DNA from: Eledone cirrhosa
Taxonomy: Eukaryota
Assembly (NCBI GenBank): GCA_964016885.1
Contig: OZ024743.1
Span: 133,424,001 to 133,488,000, forward strand
Length of the DNA stretch: 64,000 nt
Reading direction: 5' to 3'
The notes under the pieces were generated by a model. The model had not been told where the DNA came from, made no database searches, and was given only the letters and a program-made list of their open reading frames with translations. This document shows positions 1 through 12,142 of this stretch, piece by piece (positions within the stretch are counted from its first letter, which is position 1; each line of letters starts with the position of its first letter). Both the position numbers and the translations under genes were made by a program.

Positions 1-4
1 GTTC

Positions 5-3000
5 TTGGTGCTTGGTGTTTGGTGTTTGGTGTTTGGTGCTTGGTGCTTGGTGCTTGGTGTTTGGTGCTTGGTGCTTGGTGCTTGGTGTTTGGTGCTGCGT
101 GCTTGGTGTTTGGTGTTTGGTGCTTGGTGCTTGGGGCTTGGTGTTTGGTGCTTAGTGTTTGGTGCTTGGTGTTTGGTGCTTGGTGCTTGGTGCTTGGTGT
201 TTGGTGTATGGTGTTTGGTGCTTGTTGTTTGGTGCTTGGTGCTTGGTGATTAGTGTTTGGTGCTTGGTGCTTGCGGTTTGGTGTATGGTGCTTGGGGTTT
301 GGTGTTTGGTGCTTGGTGATTGGTGCTTGGTCTTTGGTGCTTGGTGTTTGGTGTTTGGTGCTTGGTGCTTGGTGTTTGGTGTTTGGTGCTTGCTGCTTGC
401 TGCTTGGTGTTTGGTGCTAGGGGCTTGGTGCTTGGTGTTTCGTGTTTGGTGCTTGGTGCTTGGTGTTTGGTGTTTGGTGCTTGGTGCGTGGGACTTGGTG
501 TTTGGTGCTTGGTGTTTGGTGCTTGGTGTTTGGTGCTTGGTGCCTGGTGCTTGGTGTTTGGTGTTTGGTGCTTGGTGTTTGGTGCTTGTTGTTTGGTGCT
601 TGGTGTTCGGTGCTTGGTGATTGGTGCTTGGTGCTTGGTGTTTGGTGTTTGGTGCTTGGTGCTTGGTGTTTGATGTTTGGTCCTTGGTGTTTGGTGTTTG
701 GTGTTGTGTGCTTGGTGCTTGGTGCTTGGTGTTTGGTGCTTGGTGCTTGGTGCTTGGTGTTTGGCGTTTGCTGTTTGCTGTTTGGTGGTTGGTGTTTGCT
801 GTTTGGTGTTTGCTGTTTGGTGTTTGGTGTTTGGTGCTTGCTGTTTGGTGCTTGGTGCTTGGTGTTTGGTGTTTGGTGCTTGGTGTTTGGTGCTTGGTGC
901 TTGGTGCTGGGTGTTTGGTGCTTGGTGCTTGGTGTTTGGTGCTTGGTGCTTGGTGCTTGGTGTTTGGTCCTTGGTGCTTGGTGCTTGGTCTTTGGTGCTT
1001 GGGTTTTGGTGTTTGGTGCTTGGTGCTTGGTGTTTGGTGCTTGGTGCTTGGTGCTTGGTGTTTGGTGCTTGCTGCTTGGTGCTTGGTGTTTGGTGCTTGG
1101 TGCTTGGTGATTAGTGTTTGGTGATTGGTGCTTGGGGTTTGGTGTTTGGGGCTTGGTGTTTGGTGCTTGATGCTTGCTGTTTGGTGTTTGGTGTTTGGTT
1201 CTTGGTGCTTGGTGTTTGGTATTTGGTGTTTGGTGCTTGGTGCTTGGTGCTTGATGTTTGGTGCTTGGTGCTTGGTGCTTGGTGTTTGGTGCTGCGTGCT
1301 TGGTGTTTGGTGTTTGGTGCTTGGTGCCTGGGGCTTGTTGTTTGGTGTTTGGTGCTTAGTGCTTGGTGTTTGGTGTTTGGTGCTTGGTGCTTAGTGGCTG
1401 GTGCTTGGTGCTTGGTGTTTGGAGTTTGGTGCTTGGTGCTTGGTGTCTGGTGTTTCGTGCTTGGTGCTTGGTGCTTGGTGTTTGGTGTTTGGTGCTTGGT
1501 GTTTGGTGCTTGGTTCTTGGTGCTTGGTGTTAGGTGTTTGGTGCTTGGTGCTTGGTGTTTGATGTTTGGTCCTTGGTGCTTGTTGTTTGGTGTTTGGTGC
1601 TTGGTGCTTGGTGTTTGGTGTTTGGTGCTTGCTGCTTGCTGCTTGGTGTTTGGTGCTTGGTGATTGGTGCTTGGTGTTTTATGCTTGGTGCTTGGTGTTT
1701 GGTGTTTGGTGCTAGGGACTTGGTGCTTGATGCTTGATGTTTGGTGCTTGGTGCTTGCTGTTTGGTGTTTGGTGCTTGGTGCGTGGGACTTAGTGTTTGG
1801 TGTTTGGTGCTTGGTGTTTTGTGCTTGGTGTTTGGTGCTTGGTGCTTGGTGTTTGGTGTTTGGTGCTTGGTGCTTGGGGCTTGGTGTTTGGTGCTTAGTG
1901 TTTGGTGCTTGGTGTTTGGTGCTTGGTGCTTGGTGCTTGGTGTTTGGTGTATGGTGTTTGGTGCTTGTTGTTTGGTGCTTGGTGCTTGGTGATTAGTGTT
2001 TGGTGCTTGGTGCTTGCGGTTTGGTGTTTGGTGCTTGGGGTTTGGTGTTTGGTGCTTGGTGCTTGGTGCTTGGTCTTTGGTGCTTGGTGTTTGGTGTTTG
2101 GTGCTTGGTGCTTGGTGTTTGGCGCTTGGTGCTTGGTGCTTGGTGTTTGGTGCTTGGTGCTTGGTGCTTGGTGATTAGTGTTTGGTGCTTGGTGCTTGGT
2201 GCCTGGTGCTTGGTGCTTGGTGCTTGTTGTTTGGTGCTTGGTGCTTGGTGATTAGTGTTTGGTGCTTGGTGCTTGGGGTTTGGTGTTTGGTGCTTGGGGT
2301 TTGGTGTTTGGTGCTTGGTGCATGGTGTTTGGTGCTTGGTGCTTGGTGTTTGGTGCTTGGTGCTTTGTGTTTGGTGCTTGGTGTTTGGTACTTGGTGCTT
2401 GGTGCTTGGTGCTTGGTGTTAGGTGTTTGGTGCTTGGTGATTGGTGTTTGATGTTAGGTTCTTGGTGCTTGGTGTTTGGTGTTTGGTGCTTGGTGCTTGG
2501 TGTTTGGTGTTTGGTGCTTGCTGCTTGGTGCTTGGTGTTTTGTGTTTGGAGTTTGGTGCTTGGTGTTTGGTGCTTGGTGCTTGGTGTTTGGTGTTTGGTG
2601 CCTGGTGCTTGGTGTTTGGTGCTTGGTGTTTGGTGTTTGGTGATTGGTGCTTGGTGTTTGGTGCTTGGTGCATGGTGCTTGGTGCTTGGTGTTAGGCGTT
2701 TGGTGCTTGGTGCTTGGTGTTTGATGTTTGGTCCTTGGTGCTTGGTGTTTGGTATTTGGTGCTTGGTGCTTGGTGTTTGGTGTTTGGTGCTTGCTGCTTG
2801 CTGCTTGGTGTTTGGTGCTAGGGGCTTGGTGCTTGGTGTTTGATGTTTGGTCCTTGGTGCTTGGTGTTTGGTATTTGGTGCTTGGTGCTTGGTGTTTGGT
2901 GTTTGGTGATTGCTGCTTGCTGCTTGGTGTTTGGTGCTAGGGGCTTGGTGTTTGGTGCTTGGTGTTTGGTGCTTGGTGTTTGGTGCTTGGTGCCTGGTGC

Positions 3001-6000
3001 TTGGTGTTTGGTGTTTGGTGCTTGGTGTTTGGTGCTTGGTGTTTGGTACTTAGTGTTCGGTGCTTGGTGCTTGGTGCTTGGTGTTTGGTGTTTGGTGCTT
3101 GGTGCTTGGTGCTTGGTGTTTGATGTTTGGTCCTTGGTGCTTGGTGTTTGGTGTTGTGTGCTTGGTGCTTGGTGCTTGGTGTTTGGTGCTTGGTGCTTGG
3201 TGCTTGGTGTTTGGCGTTTGCTGTTTGCTGTTTGGTGTTTGGTGTTTGCTGTTTGGTGTTTGCTGTTTGGTGTTTGGTGTTTGGTGCTTGCTGTTTGGTG
3301 CTTGGTGCTTGGTGTTTGGTGTTTGGTGCTTGGTGTTTGGTGCTTGGTGCTTGGTGCTGGGTGTTTGGTGCTTGGTGCTTGGTGTTTGGTGCTTGGTGCT
3401 TGGTGCTTGGTGTTTGGTGCTTGCTGCTTGGTGCTTGGTGTTTGGTGCTTGGTGCTTGGTGATTAGTGTTTGGTGATTGGTGCTTGGGGTTTGGTGTTTG
3501 GTGTTTGGTGTTTGGTGCTTGGTGCTTGGTGCTTGGTGTTTGGTGCTTGGTGCTTGGTGCTTGGTGTTTGGTGCTGCGTGCTTGGTGTTTGGTGTTTGGT
3601 GCTTGGTGCTTGGGGCTTGGTGTTTGGTGCTTAGTGTTTGGTGCTTGGTGTTTGGTGCTTGGTGCTTGGTGCTTGGTGTTTGGTGTATGGTGTTTGGTGC
3701 TTGTTGTTTGGTGCTTGGTGCTTGGTGATTAGTGTTTGGTGCTTGGTGCTTGCGGTTTGGTGTATGGTGCTTGGGGTTTGGTGTTTGGTGCTTGGTGATT
3801 GGTGCTTGGTCTTTGGTGCTTGGTGTTTGGTGTTTGGTGCTTGGTGCTTGGTGTTTGGTGTTTGGTGCTTGCTGCTTGCTGCTTGGTGTTTGGTACTAGG
3901 GGCTTGGTGCTTGGTGTTTCGTGTTTGGTGCTTGGTGCTTGGTGTTTGGTGTTTGGTGCTTGGTGCGTGGGACTTGGTGTTTGGTGCTTGGTGTTTGGTG
4001 CTTGGTGTTTGGTGCTTGGTGCCTGGTGCTTGGTGTTTGGTGTTTGGTGCTTGGTGTTTGGTGCTTGTTGTTTGGTGCTTGGTGTTCGGTGCTTGGTGAT
4101 TGGTGCTTGGTGCTTGGTGCTTGGTGTTTGGTGTTTGGTGCTTGGTGCTTGGTGTTTGATGTTTGGTCCTTGGTGCTTGGTGTTTGGTGTTGTGTGCTTG
4201 GTGCTTGGTGCTTGGTGTTTGGTGCTTGGTGCTTGGTGCTTGGTGTTTGGCGTTTGCTGTTTGCTGTTTGGTGGTTGGTGTTTGCTGTTTGGTGTTTGCT
4301 GTTTGGTGTTTGGTGTTTGGTGCTTGCTGTTTGGTGCTTGGTGCTTGGTGTTTGGTGTTTGGTGCTTGGTGTTTGGTGCTTGGTGCTTGGTGCTGGGTGT
4401 TTGGTGCTTGGTGCTTGGTGTTTGGTGCTTGGTGCTTGGTGCTTGGTGTTTGGTCCTTGGTGCTTGGTGCTTGGTCTTTGGTGCTTGGGTTTTGGTGTTT
4501 GGTGCTTGGTGCTTGGTGTTTGGTGCTTGGTGCTTGGTGCTTGGTGTTTGGTGCTTGGTGCTTGGTGATTAGTGTTTGGTGATTGGTGCTTGGGGTTTGG
4601 TGTTTGGGGCTTGGTGTTTGGTGCTTGGTGCTTGCTGTTTGGTGTTTGGTGTTTGGTTCTTGGTGCTTGGTGTTTGGTATTTGGTGTTTGGTGCTTGGTG
4701 CTTGGTGCTTGGTGTTTGGTGCTTGGTGCTTGGTGCTTGGTGTTTGGTGCTGCGTGCTTGGTGTTTGGTGTTTGGTGCTTGGTGCCTGGGGCTTGTTGTT
4801 TGGTGTTTGGTGCTTAGTGCTTGGTGTTTGGTGTTTGGTGCTTGGTGCTTAGTGGCTGGTGCTTGGTGCTTGGTGTTTGGAGTTTGGTGCTTGGTGCTTG
4901 GTGTCTGGTGTTTCGTGCTTGGTGCTTGGTGCTTGGTGTTTGGTGTTTGGTGCTTGGTGTTTGGTGCTTGGTTCTTGGTGCTTGGTGTTAGGTGTTTGGT
5001 GCTTGGTGCTTGGTGTTTGATGTTTGGTCCTTGGTGCTTGTTGTTTGGTGTTTGGTGCTTGGTGCTTGGTGTTTGGTGTTTGGTGCTTGCTGCTTGCTGC
5101 TTGGTGTTTGGTGCTTGGTGATTGGTGCTTGGTATTTTATGCTTGGTGCTTGGTGTTTGGTGTTTGGTGCTAGGGACTTGGTGCTTGATGCTTGATGTTT
5201 GGTGCTTGGTGCTTGCTGTTTGGTGTTTGGTGCTTGGTGCGTGGGACTTAGTGTTTGGTGTTTGGTGCTTGGTGTTTTGTGCTTGGTGTTTGGTGCTTGG
5301 TGCTTGGTGTTTGGTGTTTGGTGCTTGGTGCTTGGGGCTTGGTGTTTGGTGCTTAGTGTTTGGTGCTTGGTGTTTGGTGCTTGGTGCTTGCGGTTTGGTG
5401 TTTGGTGCTTGGGGTTTGGTGTTTGGTGCTTGGTGCTTGGTGCTTGGTCTTTGGTGCTTGGTGTTTGGTGTTTGGTGCTTGGTGCTTGGTGTTTGGCGCT
5501 TGGTGCTTGGTGCTTGGTGTTTGGTGCTTGGTGCTTGGTGCTTGGTGATTAGTGTTTGGTGCTTGGTGCTTGGTGCCTGGTGCTTGGTGCTTGGTGCTTG
5601 TTGTTTGGTGCTTGGTGCTTGGTGATTAGTGTTTGGTGCTTGGTGCTTGGGGTTTGGTGTTTGGTGCTTGGGGTTTGGTGTTTGGTGCTTGGTGCATGGT
5701 GTTTGGTGCTTGGTGCTTGGTGTTTGGTGCTTGGTGCTTTGTGTTTGGTGCTTGGTGTTTGGTACTTGGTGCTTGGTGCTTGGTGCTTGGTGTTAGGTGT
5801 TTGGTGCTTGGTGATTGGTGTTTGATGTTAGGTTCTTGGTGCTTGGTGTTTGGTGTTTGGTGCTTGGTGCTTGGTGTTTGGTGTTTGGTGCTTGCTGCTT
5901 GGTGCTTGGTGTTTTGTGTTTGGAGTTTGGTGCTTGGTGTTTGGTGCTTGGTGCTTGGTGTTTGGTGTTTGGTGCCTGGTGCTTGGTGTTTGGTGCTTGG

Positions 6001-6860
6001 TGTTTGGTGTTTGGTGATTGGTGCTTGGTGTTTGGTGCTTGGTGCATGGTGCTTGGTGCTTGGTGTTAGGCGTTTGGTGCTTGGTGCTTGGTGTTTGATG
6101 TTTGGTCCTTGGTGCTTGGTGTTTGGTATTTGGTGCTTGGTGCTTGGTGTTTGGTGTTTGGTGCTTGCTGCTTGCTGCTTGGTGTTTGGTGCTAGGGGCT
6201 TGGTGTTTGGTGCTTGGTGTTTGGTGCTTGGTGTTTGGTGCTTGGTGCCTGGTGCTTGGTGTTTGGTGTTTGGTGCTTGGTGTTTGGTGCTTGGTGTTTG
6301 GTACTTGGTGTTCGGTGCTTGGTGCTTGGTGCTTGGTGTTTGGTGTTTGGTGCTTGGTGCTTGGTGCTTGGTGTTTGATGTTTGGTCCTTGGTGCTTGGT
6401 GTTTGGTGTTGTGTGCTTGGTGCTTGGTGCTTGGTGTTTGGTGCTTGGTGCTTGGTGCTTGGTGTTTGGCGTTTGCTGTTTGCTGTTTGGTGTTTGATGT
6501 TTGCTGTTTGGTGTTTGCTGTTTGGTGTTTGGTGTTTGGTGCTTGCTGTTTGGTGCTTGGTGCTTGGTGTTTGGTGTTTGGTGCTTGGTGTTTGGTGCTT
6601 GGTGCTTGGTGCTGGGTGTTTGGTGCTTGGTGCTTGGTGTTTGGTGCTTGGTGCTTGGTGCTTGGTGTTTGGTCCTTGGTGCTTGGTGCTTGGTGTTTGG
6701 TGCTTGGGTTTTGGTGTTTGGTGCTTGGTGCTTGGTGTTTGGTGCTTGGTGCTTGGTGCTTGGTGCTTGGTGTTTGGTGCTTGCTGCTTGGTGCTTGGTG
6801 TTTGGTGCTTGGTGCTTGGTGATTAGTGTTTGGTGATTGGTGCTTGGGGTTTGGTGTTTG
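5..6860 (+). repeat. Diverged tandem higher-order duplication, unit about 3.4-3.5 kb (copy 1 ~5-3483, copy 2 ~3484-6860)
   Basis: Matching ORFs and landmark order at offsets 3479 (159/3638), 3458 (1118/4576), 3374 (2182/5556, 2419/5793), 3255 (3127/6382) and 3360 (3466/6826). All are multiples of 7. Confidence 0.9.
2721..2958 (+). repeat. 119-bp (17-monomer) local tandem duplication, recurring at 12220/12339, 13018/13137, 16223/16342 and 22005/22124
   Basis: The block TTGATGT-TTGGTCC...TTGGTAT...TTGCTGC-TTGCTGC...TAGGGGC starts at 2721 and again at 2840. It is single-copy in the homologous blocks at 6095 and 10309. Confidence 0.88.
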
Positions 6861-9800
6861 GGGCTTGGTGTTTGGTGCTTGGTGCTTGCTGTTTGGTGTT
6901 TGGTGTTTGGTTCTTGGTGCTTGGTGTTTGGTGTTTGGTGTTTGGTGCTTGGTGCTTGGTGCTTGGTGTTTGGTGCTTGGTGCTTGGTGCTTGGTGTTTG
7001 GTGCTGCGTGCTTGGTGTTTGGTGTTTGGTGCTTGGTGCCTGGGGCTTGTTGTTTGGTGTTTGGTGCTTAGTGCTTGGTGTTTGGTGTTTGGTGCTTGGT
7101 GCTTGGTGGCTGGTGCTTGGTGCTTGGTGTTTGGAGTTTGGTGCTTGGTGCTTGGTGTCTGGTGTTTCGTGCTTGGTGCTTGGTGCTTGGTGTTTGGTGT
7201 TTGGTGCTTGGTGTGTGGTGCTTGGTGTTTGGTGCTTGGTTCTTGGTGCTTGGTGTTAGGTGTTTGGTGCTTGGTGCTTGGTGTTTGATGTTTGGTCCTT
7301 GGTGCTTGTTGTTTGGTGTTTGGTGCTTGGTGCTTGGTGTTTGGTGTTTGGTGCTTGCTGCTTGCTGCTTGGTGTTTGGTGCTTGGTGATTGGTGCTTGG
7401 TGTTTTATGCTTGGTGCTTGGTGTTTGGTGTTTGGTGCTAGGGACTTGGTGCTTGATGCTTGATGTTTGGTGCTTGGTGCTTGCTGTTTGGTGTTTGGTG
7501 CTTGGTGCGTGGGACTTAGTGTTTGGTGTTTGGTGCTTGGTGTTTTGTGCTTGGTGTTTGGTGCTTGGTGCTTGGTGTTTGGTGTTTGGTGCTTGGTGCT
7601 TGGGGCTTGGTGTTTGGTGCTTAGTGTTTGGTGCTTGGTGTTTGGTGCTTGGTGCTTGGTGCTTGGTGTTTGGTGTATGGTGTTTGGTGCTTGTTGTTTG
7701 GTGCTTGGTGCTTGGTGATTAGTGTTTGGTGCTTGGTGCTTGCGGTTTGGTGTTTGGTGCTTGGGGTTTGGTGTTTGGTGCTTAGTGCTTGGTGTTTGGT
7801 GTTTGGTGCTTGGTGCTTAGTGGCTGGTGCTTGGTGCTTGGTGTTTGGAGTTTGGTGCTTGGTGCTTGGTGTCTGGTGTTTGGTGCTTGGTGTTTGGTGT
7901 TTGGTGATTGGTGCTTGTTGTTTGGTGCTTGGTGCTTGGTGATTAGTGTTTGGTGCTTGGTGCTTGCGGTTTGGTGTATGGTGCTTGGGGTTTGGTGTTT
8001 GGTGCTTGGTGATTGGTGCTTGGTCTTTGGTGCTTGGTGTTTGGTGTTTGGTGCTTGGTGCTTGGTGTTTGGTGTTTGGTGCTTGCTGCTTGCTGCTTGG
8101 TGTTTGGTACTAGGGGCTTGGTGCTTGGTGTTTCGTGTTTGGTGCTTGGTGCTTGGTGTTTGGTGTTTGGTGCTTGGTGCGTGGGACTTGGTGTTTGGTG
8201 CTTGGTGTTTGGTGCTTGGTGTTTGGTGCTTGGTGCCTGGTGCTTGGTGTTTGGTGTTTGGTGCTTGGTGTTTGGTGCTTGTTGTTTGGTGCTTGGTGTT
8301 CGGTGCTTGGTGATTGGTGCTTGGTGCTTGGTGCTTGGTGTTTGGTGTTTGGTGCTTGGTGCTTGGTGTTTGATGTTTGGTCCTTGGTGCTTGGTGTTTG
8401 GTGTTGTGTGCTTGGTGCTTGGTGCTTGGTGTTTGGTGCTTGGTGCTTGGTGCTTGGTGTTTGGCGTTTGCTGTTTGCTGTTTGGTGGTTGGTGTTTGCT
8501 GTTTGGTGTTTGCTGTTTGGTGTTTGGTGTTTGGTGCTTGCTGTTTGGTGCTTGGTGCTTGGTGTTTGGTGTTTGGTGCTTGGTGTTTGGTGCTTGGTGC
8601 TTGGTGCTGGGTGTTTGGTGCTTGGTGCTTGGTGTTTGGTGCTTGGTGCTTGGTGCTTGGTGTTTGGTCCTTGGTGCTTGGTGCTTGGTCTTTGGTGCTT
8701 GGGTTTTGGTGTTTGGTGCTTGGTGCTTGGTGTTTGGTGCTTGGTGCTTGGTGCTTGGTGTTTGGTGCTTGGTGCTTGGTGATTAGTGTTTGGTGATTGG
8801 TGCTTGGGGTTTGGTGTTTGGGGCTTGGTGTTTGGTGCTTGGTGCTTGCTGTTTGGTGTTTGGTGTTTGGTTCTTGGTGCTTGGTGTTTGGTATTTGGTG
8901 TTTGGTGCTTGGTGCTTGGTGCTTGGTGTTTGGTGCTTGGTGCTTGGTGCTTGGTGTTTGGTGCTGCGTGCTTGGTGTTTGGTGTTTGGTGCTTGGTGCC
9001 TGGGGCTTGTTGTTTGGTGTTTGGTGCTTAGTGCTTGGTGTTTGGTGTTTGGTGCTTGGTGCTTAGTGGCTGGTGCTTGGTGCTTGGTGTTTGGAGTTTG
9101 GTGCTTGGTGCTTGGTGTCTGGTGTTTCGTGCTTGGTGCTTGGTGCTTGGTGTTTGGTGTTTGGTGCTTGGTGTTTGGTGCTTGGTTCTTGGTGCTTGGT
9201 GTTAGGTGTTTGGTGCTTGGTGCTTGGTGTTTGATGTTTGGTCCTTGGTGCTTGTTGTTTGGTGTTTGGTGCTTGGTGCTTGGTGTTTGGTGTTTGGTGC
9301 TTGCTGCTTGCTGCTTGGTGTTTGGTGCTTGGTGATTGGTGCTTGGTATTTTATGCTTGGTGCTTGGTGTTTGGTGTTTGGTGCTAGGGACTTGGTGCTT
9401 GATGCTTGATGTTTGGTGCTTGGTGCTTGCTGTTTGGTGTTTGGTGCTTGGTGCGTGGGACTTAGTGTTTGGTGTTTGGTGCTTGGTGTTTTGTGCTTGG
9501 TGTTTGGTGCTTGGTGCTTGGTGTTTGGTGTTTGGTGCTTGGTGCTTGGGGCTTGGTGTTTGGTGCTTAGTGTTTGGTGCTTGGTGTTTGGTGCTTGGTG
9601 CTTGCGGTTTGGTGTTTGGTGCTTGGGGTTTGGTGTTTGGTGCTTGGTGCTTGGTGCTTGGTCTTTGGTGCTTGGTGTTTGGTGTTTGGTGCTTGGTGCT
9701 TGGTGTTTGGCGCTTGGTGCTTGGTGCTTGGTGTTTGGTGCTTGGTGCTTGGTGCTTGGTGATTAGTGTTTGGTGCTTGGTGCTTGGTGCCTGGTGCTTG

Positions 9801-12142
9801 GTGCTTGGTGCTTATGGTTTGGTGCTTGGTGCTTGGTGATTAGTGTTTGGTGCTTGGTGCTTGGGGTTTGGTGTTTGGTGCTTGGGGTTTGGTGTTTGGT
9901 GCTTGGTGCATGGTGTTTGGTGCTTGGTGCTTGGTGTTTGGTGCTTGGTGCTTTGTGTTTGGTGCTTGGTGTTTGGTACTTGGTGCTTGGTGCTTGGTGC
10001 TTGGTGTTAGGTGTTTGGTGCTTGGTGATTGGTGTTTGATGTTAGGTTCTTGGTGCTTGGTGTTTGGTGTTTGGTGCTTGGTGCTTGGTGTTTGGTGTTT
10101 GGTGCTTGCTGCTTGGTGCTTGGTGTTTTGTGTTTGGAGTTTGGTGCTTGGTGTTTGGTGCTTGGTGCTTGGTGTTTGGTGTTTGGTGCCTGGTGCTTGG
10201 TGTTTGGTGCTTGGTGTTTGGTGTTTGGTGATTGGTGCTTGGTGTTTGGTGCTTGGTGCATGGTGCTTGGTGCTTGGTGTTAGGCGTTTGGTGCTTGGTG
10301 CTTGGTGTTTGATGTTTGGTCCTTGGTGCTTGGTGTTTGGTATTTGGTGCTTGGTGCTTGGTGTTTGGTGTTTGGTGCTTGCTGCTTGCTGCTTGGTGTT
10401 TGGTGCTAGGGGCTTGGTGTTTGGTGCTTGGTGTTTGGTGCTTGGTGTTTGGTGCTTGGTGCCTGGTGCTTGGTGTTTGGTGTTTGGTGCTTGGTGTTTG
10501 GTGCTTGGTGTTTGGTACTTGGTGTTCGGTGCTTGGTGCTTGGTGCTTGGTGTTTGGTGTTTGGTGCTTGGTGCTTGGTGCTTGGTGTTTGATGTTTGGT
10601 CCTTGGTGCTTGGTGTTTGGTGTTGTGTGCTTGGTGCTTGGTGCTTGGTGTTTGGTGCTTGGTGCTTGGTGCTTGGTGTTTGGCGTTTGCTGTTTGCTGT
10701 TTGGTGTTTGATGTTTGCTGTTTGGTGTTTGCTGTTTGGTGTTTGGTGTTTGGTGCTTGCTGTTTGGTGCTTGGTGCTTGGTGTTTGGTGTTTGGTGCTT
10801 GGTGTTTGGTGCTTGGTGCTTGGTGCTGGGTGTTTGGTGCTTGGTGCTTGGTGTTTGGTGCTTGGTGCTTGGTGCTTGGTGTTTGGTCCTTGGTGCTTGG
10901 TGCTTGGTGTTTGGTGCTTGGGTTTTGGTGTTTGGTGCTTGGTGCTTGGTGTTTGGTGCTTGGTGCTTGGTGCTTGGTGCTTGGTGTTTGGTGCTTGCTG
11001 CTTGGTGCTTGGTGTTTGGTGCTTGGTGCTTGGTGATTAGTGTTTGGTGATTGGTGCTTGGGGTTTGGTGTTTGGGGCTTGGTGTTTGGTGCTTGGTGCT
11101 TGCTGTTTGGTGTTTGGTGTTTGGTTCTTGGTGCTTGGTGTTTGGTGTTTGGTGTTTGGTGCTTGGTGCTTGGTGCTTGGTGTTTGGTGCTTGGTGCTTG
11201 GTGCTTGGTGTTTGGTGCTGCGTGCTTGGTGTTTGGTGTTTGGTGCTTGGTGCCTGGGGCTTGTTGTTTGGTGTTTGGTGCTTAGTGCTTGGTGTTTGGT
11301 GTTTGGTGCTTGGTGCTTGGTGGCTGGTGCTTGGTGCTTGGTGTTTGGAGTTTGGTGCTTGGTGCTTGGTGTCTGGTGTTTCGTGCTTGGTGCTTGGTGC
11401 TTGGTGTTTGGTGTTTGGTGCTTGGTGTGTGGTGTTTGGTGCTTGGTGTGTGGTGCTTGGTGTTTGGTGCTTGGTTCTTGGTGCTTGGTGTTAGGTGTTT
11501 GGTGCTTGGTGCTTGGTGTTTGATGTTTGGTCCTTGGTGCTTGTTGTTTGGTGTTTGGTGCTTGGTGCTTGGTGTTTGGTGTTTGGTGCTTGCTGCTTGC
11601 TGCTTGGTGTTTGGTGCTTGGTGATTGGTGCTTGGTGTTTTATGCTTGGTGCTTGGTGTTTGGTGTTTGGTGCTAGGGACTTGGTGCTTGATGCTTGATG
11701 TTTGGTGCTTGGTGCTTGCTGTTTGGTGTTTGGTGCTTGGTGCGTGGGACTTAGTGTTTGGTGTTTGGTGCTTGGTGTTTTGTGCTTGGTGTTTGGTGCT
11801 TGGTGCTTGGTGTTTGGTGTTTGGTGCTTGGTGCTTGGGGCTTGGTGTTTGGTGCTTAGTGTTTGGTGCTTGGTGTTTGGTGCTTGGTGCTTGGTGCTTG
11901 GTGTTTGGTGTATGGTGTTTGGTGCTTGTTGTTTGGTGCTTGGTGCTTGGTGATTAGTGTTTGGTGCTTGGTGCTTGCGGTTTGGTGTTTGGTGCTTGGG
12001 GTTTGGTGTTTGGTGCTTAGTGCTTGGTGTTTGGTGTTTGGTGCTTGGTGCTTAGTGGCTGGTGCTTGGTGCTTGGTGTTTGGAGTTTGGTGCTTGGTGC
12101 TTGGTGTCTGGTGTTTGGTGCTTGGTGTTTGGTGTTTGGTGA
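3694..12142 (+). repeat. Near-identical tandem duplication, unit 4214 bp (602 monomers): 3694-7907 and 7908-12142
   Basis: Identical ORF translations at offset 4214 (3799/8013, 3921/8135, 5633/9847, 6826/11040), then 4235 after a 21-bp insertion near 11430 (7260/11495, 7628/11863). TTGTTGT at 3701 matches 7915. One visible difference is TTGTTGT at 5598 vs TTATGGT at 9812. Confidence 0.95.
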
